Position numbers and translations under genes: made by a program. The notes under the pieces were generated by a model. It saw only the letters and a program-made list of their open reading frames with translations, had not been told where the DNA came from and searched no databases. Shown one piece after another: positions 15,235-27,908 of a DNA stretch of 32,000 nt. Numbering within the stretch: position 1 is the first letter of the stretch; every line of letters begins with the position of its first letter. This DNA comes from an uncultured Cytophagales bacterium (lineage in GTDB: Bacteria; Bacteroidota; Bacteroidia; Cytophagales; Cyclobacteriaceae), in NCBI GenBank assembly GCA_963787095.1, contig CAWBCB010000152.1, positions 5,119-37,118 of the forward strand, read 5' to 3'.

Positions 15235-17655
15235 ATGTATAAAAGTTACCTCAAAATTGCCTGGCGCAATCTGTTGAAGAGCAAAGGATTGTTTGCCATT
15301 AATAGTGCCGGGCTTGCCATAGGTGTTGCGACTTGCCTTATTATTATGTTGTTTGTTGTAGATGAACTTAGTTTTGATCGCTTCAATGAAAAGGCGAATC
15401 AAATGGTGCGCGTAGTGTTGAAAGGTAAAGTAAATGGTGAGGTAATCAAAGAAGCTGTTACAGCAGCCCCTGTTGCAGCCACACTCGCAGCAGAATTCCC
15501 TGAAGTGCTGCAAGCAACCCGCTTACGCAGCATGGGCTCCCCAAAAATATCCTATAAAAACACCGCATTTAAGAATAACAAAGTTGCGTTTGTTGATCCA
15601 AACTTTTTTGAAGTGTTCACGCTTCCATTAATTCAAGGAAATCCTGCAACGGCATTGATTGAACCAAACACGATTGTGATCACCAAAGAGCAGGCACGCA
15701 AATACTTTGGTGAGGAAGATCCTATTAATAAAATTTTAGAATTTACGGATGCGAAAGAACAATATAAAGTGACGGGAGTTATAGACAAAGTTCCTGCAAA
15801 CTCTCATTTTCATTTTGATCTTTTTGCTTCCATGGAAGGCTTAGCCCATGCGAAAGAGAATAATTGGATGGAGTCAAATTATTTCAATTACCTGGTACTT
15901 GCTGAAGGAACCGATCAAAAGGAGTTTGAGAACAAGTTGCCGGCCATCATAAAAAAATACATGGGGCCGCAGGTAGAACAAATGGGAATGAGCTTTGAAA
16001 AATTCAAAGAGAATGGAAACGAGATTGGAATTTTTATTCAGCCCTTAACAGATATTCATCTGCATTCCGACTTTGCAAGTCAGAGTGAATTGGAAGCGGG
16101 GGGTGATTTGAAATCAGTTTACATTTTTGGAGCCGTAGCGTTGTTCATGTTGCTGATTGCCTGTATAAATTTCATGAACCTTTCTACAGCCGGAGCCACC
16201 AAACGCAATAAAGAAGTGGGTGTAAAGAAAGTATTGGGTTCGAGGAAGAATCAACTGGTTCAACAGTTTCTAACGGAATCTTTTATTTCTACAGCAGTAT
16301 CCATGGTGTTAGCAGTGGTGCTGGTTTTAGTAGCGTTACCTTTTTTCAATCAACTTTCTGGTAAGGGGTTGGAGGCTGCCTTTTTATTAAATCCCAACGT
16401 GCTAATTTCGTTGTTAATTCTTGCCATCGCAATCACATTGTTGGCCGGAAGTTATCCAGCTTTTTTTCTTTCCTCCATTAAACCTATTTCAGCCTTAAAG
16501 AATAAGGTTGTAAGCGGTGGTAGGAGTAAAGGCATACGCAGTGGCTTGGTTGTATTTCAATTTGTTATTTCTGCTTCCCTTATTCTGGCAATTATTGTTG
16601 TCAATCAACAGATGTCATACATTCAAAACAAAGAGATTGGGTATGACAGAGATCAATTGCTTGTGCTCAGGGATTCAAGATTATTGGGAACTAATGAGAA
16701 TGCTTTTAAGAATCAAATCTTAACGGATCCACGCGTGCAGAGCGTTACCATGTCTGCATTTGTGCCTGCAGGGCCAACAGATAATAACATGACAGGAGTT
16801 TATCCGGGTCAGCGATATGAAGAGGTACGAAGAACAATTTTTTATCAGGTTGATGCTCAATACATCCCTACTATGGGAATGGAGTTAGTGGCGGGAAGGA
16901 ATTTTTCAGATAAGCTTGGAAGCGATTCGCTGAATGTGATCGTAAATGAAACTGCTATTAAGATTTTTGGATTAGAGGAAAATCCACTTGGTCAAACGTT
17001 AACCGCAAACGCAGGTAATGACAGAAAGGAAACACTTACCATAATTGGTGTTGTAAAAGATTTTCATTTTAAATCACTCCACGAAACCATTGCCCCGTTA
17101 ATCATGCTTAACAATCCGTATGGTGGCCTTATCGTTAAAGGTAAAACTAAAGATATGGCTGGTCTTATAGCGAGTATTGAAAACAAATGGAAATCATTTC
17201 AAGTGGAAGAACCCTTCTCTTATGGTTTGTTAGATGAACTTTATAATGAGACCTATGTGAGAGAACAGAAGATGGGAAGTATCTTAAAGATATTTGGAAT
17301 GCTCACCATTTTTGTTGCGTGCCTCGGATTATTCGGACTCGTAACGTTCACTGCCGAGCAGCGTGTAAAAGAAATTGGTGTTCGAAAAGTGTTGGGTGCC
17401 AATGTTACCGAAATCGTGTCACTGCTGTCGAAGGATTTGATAATTCTAGTAGCCATTTCATTCGTGATTGCCTTTCCGCTCGGTTATTACATGATGGATC
17501 AATGGCTTCAGGATTTTGCGTATAAGATAGAAATCCAATGGTGGGTGTTTGCTTTGGCAGGCGTAACAACATTGCTTATTGCCTTCTTTACCATGAGTTT
17601 CAAAACGATAAAATCAGCGTTGGCGAACCCGGTGGATTCATTGCGTTCAGAATAA
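15235..17655 (+). CDS. ABC transporter permease, FtsX/MacB-type with duplicated permease modules
   Basis: About 806 aa. The N-terminus MYKSYLKIAWRNLLKSKG is typical of this family, and there are two FtsX 4-TM modules (about aa 290-420 and 680-800) with large periplasmic domains. I prefer the ATG at 15235 over the TTG at 15229. Confidence 0.92.
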   Translation: MYKSYLKIAWRNLLKSKGLFAINSAGLAIGVATCLIIMLFVVDELSFDRFNEKANQMVRVVLKGKVNGEVIKEAVTAAPVAATLAAEFPEVLQATRLRSMGSPKISYKNTAFKNNKVAFVDPNFFEVFTLPLIQGNPATALIEPNTIVITKEQARKYFGEEDPINKILEFTDAKEQYKVTGVIDKVPANSHFHFDLFASMEGLAHAKENNWMESNYFNYLVLAEGTDQKEFENKLPAIIKKYMGPQVEQMGMSFEKFKENGNEIGIFIQPLTDIHLHSDFASQSELEAGGDLKSVYIFGAVALFMLLIACINFMNLSTAGATKRNKEVGVKKVLGSRKNQLVQQFLTESFISTAVSMVLAVVLVLVALPFFNQLSGKGLEAAFLLNPNVLISLLILAIAITLLAGSYPAFFLSSIKPISALKNKVVSGGRSKGIRSGLVVFQFVISASLILAIIVVNQQMSYIQNKEIGYDRDQLLVLRDSRLLGTNENAFKNQILTDPRVQSVTMSAFVPAGPTDNNMTGVYPGQRYEEVRRTIFYQVDAQYIPTMGMELVAGRNFSDKLGSDSLNVIVNETAIKIFGLEENPLGQTLTANAGNDRKETLTIIGVVKDFHFKSLHETIAPLIMLNNPYGGLIVKGKTKDMAGLIASIENKWKSFQVEEPFSYGLLDELYNETYVREQKMGSILKIFGMLTIFVACLGLFGLVTFTAEQRVKEIGVRKVLGANVTEIVSLLSKDLIILVAISFVIAFPLGYYMMDQWLQDFAYKIEIQWWVFALAGVTTLLIAFFTMSFKTIKSALANPVDSLRSE

Positions 17656-17668
17656 TAATAACCTTAGA

Positions 17669-19141
17669 TTAATCAAAGAATGGTTTCCATTTCTCTTCGG
17701 GAGAAGGCTTTGTTAGGAGGCTAACTACAACAAGCATAAAGATGGATGCTATTAATGATGGAATGGCGATGTAATCTGTGTCAACCGGAAAAACTCCCAA
17801 TGATATATGAGCTACTTCCATAATTTTATTAATAACCGGAACAATCATTCCGGCAGCAATAGAACAAACACCGCCTGTTGGTGTTACCCGTTTCCAAAAG
17901 AAGCTAGCCATTAGCACAGGAGCTAATGAAGCTCCTATCATCGTGTAGGAAATAAAGGCCATCTCCAAAACAGTTTCAAACTGAGTTACCATGGCAAACG
18001 CCAGCAATCCCAATACAACAATGCTAATCTGCTGAACTCTAATTAATTTCTTTGAATCTTTTGCGTCCTTAAAGAAATATGGCTTTAGTATATCATTACT
18101 TAGGTTGGTGGATGTTACCATAAGAAAAGTATTTCCGGTTGACAGGATGATAGCTACACCTGCGGCAAAAAGCATGGAGCCAACAAACACGGGCACCTGT
18201 TCAAATCCAATTCTTAATATTATTTCTTCAGACATGGCAGTATTTATAGATCCATCGGGAAAAAAGAATCGAGGGTCATTAGCATAGATGGCATACCCAA
18301 CAATTGATGTTGTGCACATCAGCACTTCTATTACAACCACACCAATGAGCATGCCGAGCACGGCTTTCTTTGCAGAACTTGCATCCTTTGCCGATGAGAA
18401 CTTTTGATAAATACTACTTTCGCTCATCAACAAAAGAAACGTTGGCAAAATAATCCCGATTACCCACCAGGCATCATGTCCTTCAAAGACGTTGAGATAA
18501 GCCGGACTTTTGTTTTCGATGGTTGCAATTACCTCTGACCAACCTCCATGAGTGGAAATTGCAAAAGGAAGTGCCAATGCCATTGCTATAATCATAATAG
18601 CGCCATTGAATATATCGATAGAAACAATGGATACCATACCAGCCCATGCCGTAAATACAATGATAACGATACAGGTAATTAATGTTCCTGTAGGTAAATC
18701 AATCGCTCCTTGTGATAAGATAGAAATAAACCGAGCTCCTCCCTTAAATTGGTAGCCGGCAATAACTAAGTAAGCAACAATGATGGTGACGGTTCCTAGA
18801 ATTCGAGCGACCTTATTATAGCGTTGCTCGAGTAAATCAGTTAATGTGATTTTAGAAATTTTGCGAACGCGTGCAGCAATAAAGTAGATCACAATAATCC
18901 CTAACCAGCCGCCAGCCGAAAACCATAGCTCGCTAAATCCAGAACGAAAGGTTAACCCTGCCGTGCCAAAAAGACTCCCTGAGCCAATCCATGTACAAAC
19001 TAAGGTGCCAATCAGGAGATAAACCGGAACACCTCTTCCCGCCAGCATAAAGTCTTCTTCACTCTGTACTTTTCGCGTTTTATATATGATTATGCCTACC
19101 AGGAGTAACAGGTAAGCGATGCTGACAATTGAATAAATCAT
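17669..19141 (-). CDS. sodium:solute symporter (SSF) family transporter
   Basis: 490 aa with about 13 predicted TM helices. The early GRGVPVYLLIGTLVCTWIGSGSLFG motif is typical of SSF. Confidence 0.9.
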   Translation of the reverse strand: MIYSIVSIAYLLLLVGIIIYKTRKVQSEEDFMLAGRGVPVYLLIGTLVCTWIGSGSLFGTAGLTFRSGFSELWFSAGGWLGIIVIYFIAARVRKISKITLTDLLEQRYNKVARILGTVTIIVAYLVIAGYQFKGGARFISILSQGAIDLPTGTLITCIVIIVFTAWAGMVSIVSIDIFNGAIMIIAMALALPFAISTHGGWSEVIATIENKSPAYLNVFEGHDAWWVIGIILPTFLLLMSESSIYQKFSSAKDASSAKKAVLGMLIGVVVIEVLMCTTSIVGYAIYANDPRFFFPDGSINTAMSEEIILRIGFEQVPVFVGSMLFAAGVAIILSTGNTFLMVTSTNLSNDILKPYFFKDAKDSKKLIRVQQISIVVLGLLAFAMVTQFETVLEMAFISYTMIGASLAPVLMASFFWKRVTPTGGVCSIAAGMIVPVINKIMEVAHISLGVFPVDTDYIAIPSLIASIFMLVVVSLLTKPSPEEKWKPFFD

Positions 19142-19233
19142 AGAATTGATATTACATGTTAGTGTTAAAAGTAAGTAAATTTTTATAAGTTACTCCCTCA
19201 ATTATGGACACGTGTTAATTCAAAATCAGTTCT

Positions 19234-21288
19234 ATGGCCAGTTCAACTAAGTTTAAACCCTACATCGCTGCAGAAGAAAATGTTGCCGAGTTTACAGTAA
19301 AATCTGTTGTGTTCGGTGCATTGTTTGGTGTTCTGTTCGGATGCTCTACCGTTTATCTCGCACTAAAAGCGGGACTTACTGTTTCAGCATCCATACCTAT
19401 TGCAGTAATTGCCATTACGCTAGGGCGGAAATTTCTGAAGACCACCATTCTTGAGAACAATATTATTCAAACGGCTGGCTCTGCTGGCGAATCAATAGCA
19501 GCAGGAGTAGTGTTTACCTTACCGGGTTTTTTATTTCTTTCACCTGGAGAAAACGGAGTGAGTGTAGGAGAAGGATACTTTAACTATTTAACAATTCTTA
19601 TTCTCGCTGCCTTTGGGGGTATGCTGGGTACGCTTATGATGATTCCCTTGCGGAGATCATTAATTGTAAAAGAACATGACACGTTACCATATCCCGAAGG
19701 AACGGCCTGTGGATCGGTGTTGCAAGCAGGGGAAAAGGGTGGCGTATTCGCTCAAACTGCCTTTCTAGGAATGGGGATAGCGATGCTGTATGCAATCCTT
19801 CAAAAAGTTTTTCATGTAATTTCAGAGGCCCCTGCTTTTGTTACCACTCAGGTAAATAAGTTTTGGCCATCAGCAACCATTAATGGAGAGATTACACCAG
19901 AATATATGGGTGTGGGCTATATTATTGGTCCAAAGATTGGTGGAGTGTTAGTAGCGGGCTCAGTGCTAGCATGGTGGGCTATCATCCCTTTGTTATCAAC
20001 GCTTGTTGATCCCACATTGGTGGCCACACAATTAGTGAAGATTGGCTATCTGGCTGATATTAACGTGGCAGGTGGTAAAGGTAATTGGGACCCAGCATTG
20101 AAGACATTCGCTAATCCCGCTTCAGCATTATACTTTGCATACATACGACAGATTGGAGCTGGGGCTGTTGCGGCTGGTGGATTTATTACATTGATGAAGA
20201 CAATGCCCACCATTGTTAGTTCCTTTCGAGATAGCATTGCTTCACTCAAAGAGAAAAGTGAAGTCACTGTGCTTCGTACCGATCGTGATCTTTCATTCAA
20301 GGTTGTGATTATCGGTAGTATTATTCTTGTTGCCTTAATGACTGTGTTACCGGGAATTCCTGGAGATGGATTTATCCAAAAACTTTTGATTGGAATTCTG
20401 ATTATCATTTTTGGATTTTTCTTTGTTACCGTTGCCAGCCGGATTGTCGGGTTGGTGGGTTCCAGCAATAGCCCTATTTCCGGGATGACGATTGCGACAT
20501 TAATGGGTACTTGTTTAATCTTTACTGCAGTGGGGTGGAGTGGGAAACTGTATGAACCCCTTGCACTGGTAGTGGGAGGAATGATTTGTATTGCCGCAGC
20601 CAATGCAGGAGCCACATCACAAGATTTAAAATCAGGATATATTGTTGGAGCAACACCAAAATATCAACAGCTGGCCTTGTTTATTGGCGCCATTGTGTCC
20701 TCTGTGGCAATAGGTCTTGTTGTTAAAGTATTGGATACCCCCACAGCGGATATGGCAGCGCAGGGTATTATTCATGCCATTGGTAGCGAACGATATCCTG
20801 CACCTCAGGCTACACTGATGGCAACCTTGGCAAAAGGTATTTTATCCTTTAATCTTGACTGGCAGTTTGTAATGGTGGGAGTCTTTATTGCAGTTATGAT
20901 TGAGCTTTGTGGAATTAAAGCGCTGGCCTTCGCGATTGGTCTTTACTTACCTCTATCAACCACACTACCTATCTTTATTGGAGGAGCCATTAAAGGTGTA
21001 ATTGATTGGCGTGCCGAAAAGAAGGGTGAAGCAAAACAAGACGAAGAGTTGGGTAGGGGAAGTTTGTTTGCTACGGGTTTAATTGCAGGAGGTGCGTTAG
21101 CAGGTGTTGTAGTTGCCTTACTTTCCGTAAATGATAATGTTTTTGAAAGGCTTAAGTCTATCAGTGCCGAACATGGCTTGACTAATATGTTGGGGGCAAA
21201 TGGGTACAGTCTTTTAGGCGTAGCTTTCTTTGTTGCTATGGGAACTATGCTTTACAGAATTGGAATTAAGAAAGAGCGTGACGCTTGA
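19234..21288 (+). CDS. OPT-family oligopeptide transporter
   Basis: 684 aa polytopic membrane protein. The N-terminus EFTVKSVVFGALFGVLFGCSTVYLALKAGLTVSASIPIAV and the overall size match bacterial OPT transporters. Confidence 0.9.
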   Translation: MASSTKFKPYIAAEENVAEFTVKSVVFGALFGVLFGCSTVYLALKAGLTVSASIPIAVIAITLGRKFLKTTILENNIIQTAGSAGESIAAGVVFTLPGFLFLSPGENGVSVGEGYFNYLTILILAAFGGMLGTLMMIPLRRSLIVKEHDTLPYPEGTACGSVLQAGEKGGVFAQTAFLGMGIAMLYAILQKVFHVISEAPAFVTTQVNKFWPSATINGEITPEYMGVGYIIGPKIGGVLVAGSVLAWWAIIPLLSTLVDPTLVATQLVKIGYLADINVAGGKGNWDPALKTFANPASALYFAYIRQIGAGAVAAGGFITLMKTMPTIVSSFRDSIASLKEKSEVTVLRTDRDLSFKVVIIGSIILVALMTVLPGIPGDGFIQKLLIGILIIIFGFFFVTVASRIVGLVGSSNSPISGMTIATLMGTCLIFTAVGWSGKLYEPLALVVGGMICIAAANAGATSQDLKSGYIVGATPKYQQLALFIGAIVSSVAIGLVVKVLDTPTADMAAQGIIHAIGSERYPAPQATLMATLAKGILSFNLDWQFVMVGVFIAVMIELCGIKALAFAIGLYLPLSTTLPIFIGGAIKGVIDWRAEKKGEAKQDEELGRGSLFATGLIAGGALAGVVVALLSVNDNVFERLKSISAEHGLTNMLGANGYSLLGVAFFVAMGTMLYRIGIKKERDA

Positions 21289-21353
21289 TGTTTGAAGCTC
21301 GAGCCTTAATCGAACTGACCACTACTTAATGATTGTCTGATCACTACTAAAAA

Positions 21354-21725
21354 CTATTTATCAACAATCATATCAATGATCTGCTTCAGCTCGTTAATGG
21401 CCTTGGTTTCTGATGCCTCTATCTTCCCATCAGCCTGTATGATGTCGTACATATCAGCATAAATCCGATAGCGCTGCGAAAACTTAATGTGATCAAAGTG
21501 TTTGAATGATTCCTTGATGATGTTATGATGTTTTGAAGGATCCATTTTTTGATAAGTCACTACCTCTTGATCAAATTTTACTTTATGATCGCCCTCAATA
21601 GGGAAGTGCTTGTTCATTTTTTCAAGGATGGCTTTTTCTTCTGCAGGGTGCAGGTCACCATCGGCATAAGCCATATGAACAAACAAGTACAAGATAAAGT
21701 CACTGAAGGTTTTGTGCATTACCAT
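21354..21725 (-). CDS. TerB-like (tellurite-resistance TerB fold) small protein
   Basis: About 123 aa. Two ADG....E..-type repeats (AYADGDLHPAEEKAIL and IQADGKIEASETKAINEL) are characteristic of TerB-like domains. I prefer the ATG at 21725 over the TTG at 21734. Confidence 0.65.
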   Translation of the reverse strand: MVMHKTFSDFILYLFVHMAYADGDLHPAEEKAILEKMNKHFPIEGDHKVKFDQEVVTYQKMDPSKHHNIIKESFKHFDHIKFSQRYRIYADMYDIIQADGKIEASETKAINELKQIIDMIVDK

Positions 21726-21756
21726 AATAAACAATTAAGACTGACTTAAAGGTAAA

Positions 21757-21793
21757 GAAAAAAGGCTTTGCATCAGATGCAAAGCCTTTTTTT
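21757..21793 (-). terminator. intrinsic terminator after groEL (symmetric, flanked by A- and T-runs)
   Basis: AAAAAAGGCTTTGCATCAGATGCAAAGCCTTTTTTT. A 12-13 bp stem with T-runs on both strands, 15 nt downstream of the groEL stop. Confidence 0.85.
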
Positions 21794-21809
21794 ATTGGAA
21801 TCTTGAATA

Positions 21810-23750
<1,941 letters not shown>

Positions 23751-23973
23751 ATGGAATTAATAAAATTAAGTTGTTAAATATTGACTTCCGCACACCCACA
23801 ATCGATTTCCATGCCATTTCAGCCTTTAGGGTTATTTATGGACACATTTGCCGCTGGGGGCTGCAAAGATGAAGATTTTTGGCAGACCTGTCATTATCCT
23901 GTTTAAAACAAAGTGGCAAATTGTCAGAAGGGAGTTTTTTTCGTATAATAGCTCTATCAAAATAGTATCTAAT

Positions 23974-24690
23974 ATGGAACCATTAAAAGATAATTGGCTA
24001 ACGGAAGGATTGATTGATTTTGAGTACAAGAAATACCAATTATTAGCCTACTTAAAGGGAGTAAAAGACTCGTTTAACAAGGTGGAGTTGTATCCATTTT
24101 TATCGGACCTGGTCTTTCATTATCGAAACCTAATTACCTTACGGGATAGCCAATTGATTATTCGCGATTCGTTTCCCAAAGAACTTTCAAAAGAAAGCCT
24201 TAAAAACCTTGAAGTAACCTATCAACGAATTGTTGAAGATGACCTGACTATGCAGGAAATAGAAGCTATCATTGAGTTTGCACTGCCACAATTCAAATCA
24301 TCCCTGGATGAAGGATCTTACATTTATGAATACGTTGAATCCAAGTGTGAGATTTCGCCTATTGGTTTGACCTCACTCTATACAAACGAAGGATACTTGT
24401 TTATAACCCAACCTCCCGAGAAAGAGACGCGGGTGTATCGTTATCAAACAACCCTTTTCGAACAAAGTTCTGAAACACTGCGTGGTGTGCATACGCGTCA
24501 TGTTCTAACCATGGAGCGCAGTATCAGCAATACCTACGAGGATATGAAGTTGAATCTAATTCGGCAATATTCCGAACTGCCCAACCCTTCAGTTTATCTT
24601 GTGCTTTCAAAACTTTGCTTTCCGTTTGATCAGACTTTGATGCCAGTGGCAAAACGCTTGTTGGTAAAGCAAATCTCAAAAGCCGCATAA
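23974..24690 (+). CDS. conserved hypothetical protein
   Basis: 238 aa from the ATG at 23974 (MEPLKDNWLTEG...). The longer track ORF from 23848 would overlap the groES upstream region. A terminator follows directly. Confidence 0.75.
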   Translation: MEPLKDNWLTEGLIDFEYKKYQLLAYLKGVKDSFNKVELYPFLSDLVFHYRNLITLRDSQLIIRDSFPKELSKESLKNLEVTYQRIVEDDLTMQEIEAIIEFALPQFKSSLDEGSYIYEYVESKCEISPIGLTSLYTNEGYLFITQPPEKETRVYRYQTTLFEQSSETLRGVHTRHVLTMERSISNTYEDMKLNLIRQYSELPNPSVYLVLSKLCFPFDQTLMPVAKRLLVKQISKAA

Positions 24691-24692
24691 AT

Positions 24693-24719
24693 AAAAAAGA
24701 CCCGCCAGGGGTCTTTTTT
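24693..24719. terminator. bidirectional intrinsic terminator between convergent genes
   Basis: AAAAAAGACCC-GCCAG-GGGTCTTTTTT, lying between the stop at 24690 (+) and the secG stop at 24739 (-). Confidence 0.85.
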
Positions 24720-24738
24720 ATTTCTTATGAAAGATCAA

Positions 24739-25083
24739 TTATTTATTCTCTTCAACCGGAGCAACAGGTTGAGGTTGTTCAGTTTTGTTAAGATCAATTC
24801 CTGATCCTTGTTGTTCTCTTGCTTTTTCTAGAATTGCGTCATTAGTTCCAGCTGTATTGGGGGCCGTAAAGTTAGTGGCCAATGCAAACACCATAATTGC
24901 GATTGCAAAACCCCATGTTAGGCGCTCCAACAAATCTCCTGTTTTCTTTACACCAATCATGTTACTGGCTCCGGAACCACCAAACTGACCTGATAGGCCA
25001 CCACCTTTGGAGTTTTGAGCTAACACAACTAAAACCAATAAAACAGAGCTAAAAATGGCTAAACTGATGAATAAAATATACAT
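24739..25083 (-). CDS. secG: preprotein translocase subunit SecG
   Basis: 114 aa. Two TM helices flank the Gly-rich loop (LAQNSKGGGLSGQFGGSGASNMIG), which is the standard SecG pattern. Confidence 0.92.
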   Translation of the reverse strand: MYILFISLAIFSSVLLVLVVLAQNSKGGGLSGQFGGSGASNMIGVKKTGDLLERLTWGFAIAIMVFALATNFTAPNTAGTNDAILEKAREQQGSGIDLNKTEQPQPVAPVEENK

Positions 25084-25085
25084 AA

Positions 25086-25955
25086 CTACTTTTTGAGGTC
25101 TTCAATTTGAGCCGCAAAGTAAGTCTTTTTTTGTGGAAACTTCCAAATTAACTTCTTTAGCACTTCTATCGCTTTCTCCTTTTTACCTTGTTTTAAAAGG
25201 ATTTCCACCAAGGTTTCGGAGACAATATTTTCACCGTATGTAAGTTCCTTTTCAATCAAATCTCCTTTCGGGATGATGGTAACAGGAGAAGATAATTTGT
25301 TTTTAGAAATTGATGGTTGAGTCTTAATAAATTGATTGATAATGTCAATTTGCTCTTTCTGCTTTGGATCTTCTGGTTTTATTTTTTTCTTGGAAGTTTT
25401 AATCTCCTTTAGTAAACCATCTTCAGGGTCAGCAAGTACTCGTTTCTTTGGCTTCTCTTCTTCAATACTAATAGGAAGTCCTTTTTCGAAGTTGCTAACG
25501 GCCTCGTCAAATTGATGCTTTCGCTTAACTAAAATTTCAAGATCGTGTTCGAACTCAACATAAAACGAGTCTGAAATATTTGAATCAAGTTCGATTGATT
25601 GCTTTGAATCAACTTCTGGTTTTTCAACGGTTGTAGTGGGAACGGTCTCAACTTTCTTTCGGATAGGTTCGCTCGCTATGGGCTCTTGTAAGTTAACAAC
25701 AGGTGCAGACTTTCTGCTTTGCTGAAGAGAAGTCATGATTGACTTTAACACTGTCCGATCTGTACTATAAATCGCACTAAGATGAAGTTGATGATCTTTG
25801 TCGGTAAACTTATTGTCTTGAGTAGCTCTAGCAGCCATTCCATGAATCACCTGACTATATGGAAATTGATTTTGTAAAGAAATTACCTGATTAGTTTCCT
25901 CGGCAGAAAGCGAGGTGTAATTAGAAAGAAGATTATAGAATTGATTCTTTTCCAC
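25086..25955 (-). CDS. conserved hypothetical protein (Lys/Glu-rich, C-terminal TPR-like helix pair)
   Basis: 289 aa with a GTG start at 25955. The C-terminal SETLVEILLKQGKKEKAIEVLKKLIWKFPQKKTYFAAQIEDLKK is typical of the protein found upstream of secG in Bacteroidota. Its stop is 2 nt from the secG start. Confidence 0.8.
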   Translation of the reverse strand: MEKNQFYNLLSNYTSLSAEETNQVISLQNQFPYSQVIHGMAARATQDNKFTDKDHQLHLSAIYSTDRTVLKSIMTSLQQSRKSAPVVNLQEPIASEPIRKKVETVPTTTVEKPEVDSKQSIELDSNISDSFYVEFEHDLEILVKRKHQFDEAVSNFEKGLPISIEEEKPKKRVLADPEDGLLKEIKTSKKKIKPEDPKQKEQIDIINQFIKTQPSISKNKLSSPVTIIPKGDLIEKELTYGENIVSETLVEILLKQGKKEKAIEVLKKLIWKFPQKKTYFAAQIEDLKK

Positions 25956-26129
25956 GATTATTACAGGTGAAGGTAAATGTAATGGAAAATGACGAATAAA
26001 TAAATTACGATGAACGAATTCTATTTAAGAAATAGCGAAAGCATGAATAATAAAGTACAAATGCGATGCGAATTAAGGATCTGTTAATAAAAATTGTAAT
26101 TCGTAAATCCTAAAATCGTACTTTAAAAT

Positions 26130-26663
26130 TTACCAGTTCGCTAATGTTGCATTGAAGATATCAATGTAAATCTGATCAAGTATTTTCTTCTCTAAACTTT
26201 CCTGCACGGAATTAAAATCTTGAGCACTTGGAAAGTCTGCATAAAAACTAAAGTTGCGATCTTTAAAATTATTCTCTGGCTTGATGGTGTCTACATAATT
26301 GGCACGCACAGCAATTGTAAGTCGCGTTAATGCGGCTGGGTCGCCTCGCTGGTTCGAAGCCGCGCCAGATACCGGTGCAATAGGAGTGATGCCATATTGT
26401 GTAATGGTGCCTTCAATTTGCAACTCACCATTTTCAGAAACAACTCGCAAGCTTGAGTTCTGCTGAAAATATTCCTTGAGTTTGTTTGTAAAAGTTTGAC
26501 CTAAATTGGCTGGGCCAAGATCAGTGTTGTTAAAAAAATCATCTACCTGAATGGTTTTAGCAGTAGTGGCTGCTCCTGTGAATGAATAGCTAATACAACT
26601 TTGTAAAGTTGGTAAGCAGAGCAAGAGAGCGAGTGCAAGTCCAGCGATTATTTTATTCTTCAA
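26130..26663 (-). CDS. lptE: LptE-family LPS-assembly lipoprotein
   Basis: With the TTG at 26663 the product starts (M)KNKIIAGLALALLLCLPTLQSC, a good lipoprotein signal. The track ORF start at 26765 would add about 34 non-signal residues and overlap the upstream gene by about 110 nt. The family call rests on size, lipobox and the conserved position after the sigma-54 activator. Confidence 0.72.
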   Translation of the reverse strand: MKNKIIAGLALALLLCLPTLQSCISYSFTGAATTAKTIQVDDFFNNTDLGPANLGQTFTNKLKEYFQQNSSLRVVSENGELQIEGTITQYGITPIAPVSGAASNQRGDPAALTRLTIAVRANYVDTIKPENNFKDRNFSFYADFPSAQDFNSVQESLEKKILDQIYIDIFNATLANW

Positions 26664-27906
26664 GTTCGTATTCTTTAATCTTTCGGTACAACGTTCTTTC
26701 GGAGATACCCAAATCGCGTGCCGCATATTTGCGCTTGTTATTATTTTTTCTAAGTGCCCGAACAATTAACTCCCTTTCCTTCTTTATGATTGACAAAGAA
26801 TCATCTTCTGCTTCGTGGCTTATGTCCTGAACTTCTTCCTCTTCAGTTGTATCATGGGGCGTGGGTGAAGATTTTAAATTAAGGGTAACCGGTTCGTGAA
26901 CGGTTTCCTGATCTTCATGAATGCCTTCAAATAATCCCGCATTGTCTTTAATTAATTGTGCCGCGCTGGCAGGATTGGTTGTACTATCAAGCACAATTCT
27001 TTTCAAATCGTTCACATCCTTACGCATGTCAAACAAAATCTTGTAAAGAATCTCTCGCTCCGAAATATCTTTTCCTTGTTGCTCTTTATAGAGTGCAGGT
27101 AAATTTGCTTCCTTAGGAATATAATTACTTAAGCTTTCAGCCGTTATTTCTTTATGTTCAGAAGATAGCACTGAAATCTGTTCTACCAGATTTTTTAATT
27201 GACGAATGTTTCCTGGAAAGCGATATTTTAACAGGAGTTCTTTTGCATCATCCGTTAAGGAGATTGGTTTTACTTTATATTTTTCAGCAAAATCAGATGC
27301 GAATTTTCTAAACAACAACTCCACATCTTTACCTCGTTCCCGCAAAGGCGGAACATAGATAGGAACGGTGCTTAATCGGTAATATAAATCTTCACGGAAT
27401 TTTCCTTGCTCAACCTTTACCAGCAGATTAACATTGGTAGCAGCAACAACACGAACATCCGTCTTTTGAACTTTTGATGAACCAACTTTAATAAACTCAC
27501 CATTCTCTAGCACGCGCAGCAACCTTGCTTGCGTACCTAAAGGCATCTCGCCAATCTCATCTAAAAATATGGTGCCTCCATTCGTTACTTCAAAATAACC
27601 TTTACGCGCTTCATGCGCACCGGTAAAGGATCCTTTTTCGTGACCGAATAATTCGGAGTCGATGGTGCCTTCGGGTATTGAACCGCAATTGATCGCAATA
27701 AATTGTCCATGCTTTCGCGGACTTAGGTGATGAATGATTTTTGAAAAGGATTCTTTTCCACTTCCACTTTCACCACTTAATAAGACCGACATATCTGTTG
27801 GTGCTACTTGCATAGCCACACGAACGGCATTGGTTAGCAGTGGTGAAAACCCGATGATTCCAAATCGTTGTTTAACACTTTGTATTTCTGAGTCTGTAAT
27901 CGCCAT
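26653..27906 (-). CDS. sigma-54-dependent transcriptional activator (bEBP) without a receiver or sensor domain
   Basis: About 417 aa from the ATG at 27906 (MAITDSEIQ...). AAA+ Walker A is GESGSGKE. The GAFTGA-type loop appears as GSFTGA. Walker B is IFLDEIGE. The C-terminal Fis-type HTH reads AARDLGISERTLYRKIKEY. The AAA+ core begins within about 25 residues of the start. Confidence 0.92.
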   Translation of the reverse strand: MAITDSEIQSVKQRFGIIGFSPLLTNAVRVAMQVAPTDMSVLLSGESGSGKESFSKIIHHLSPRKHGQFIAINCGSIPEGTIDSELFGHEKGSFTGAHEARKGYFEVTNGGTIFLDEIGEMPLGTQARLLRVLENGEFIKVGSSKVQKTDVRVVAATNVNLLVKVEQGKFREDLYYRLSTVPIYVPPLRERGKDVELLFRKFASDFAEKYKVKPISLTDDAKELLLKYRFPGNIRQLKNLVEQISVLSSEHKEITAESLSNYIPKEANLPALYKEQQGKDISEREILYKILFDMRKDVNDLKRIVLDSTTNPASAAQLIKDNAGLFEGIHEDQETVHEPVTLNLKSSPTPHDTTEEEEVQDISHEAEDDSLSIIKKERELIVRALRKNNNKRKYAARDLGISERTLYRKIKEYELEE

Positions 27907-27908
27907 AG

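Noticed and set aside
20046-20615. 189-aa antisense ORF inside the OPT transporter gene
   Set aside because: It lies fully inside a well-supported 684-aa CDS on the other strand. The Ala/Pro/Ile-rich composition is typical of antisense frames of membrane-protein genes.
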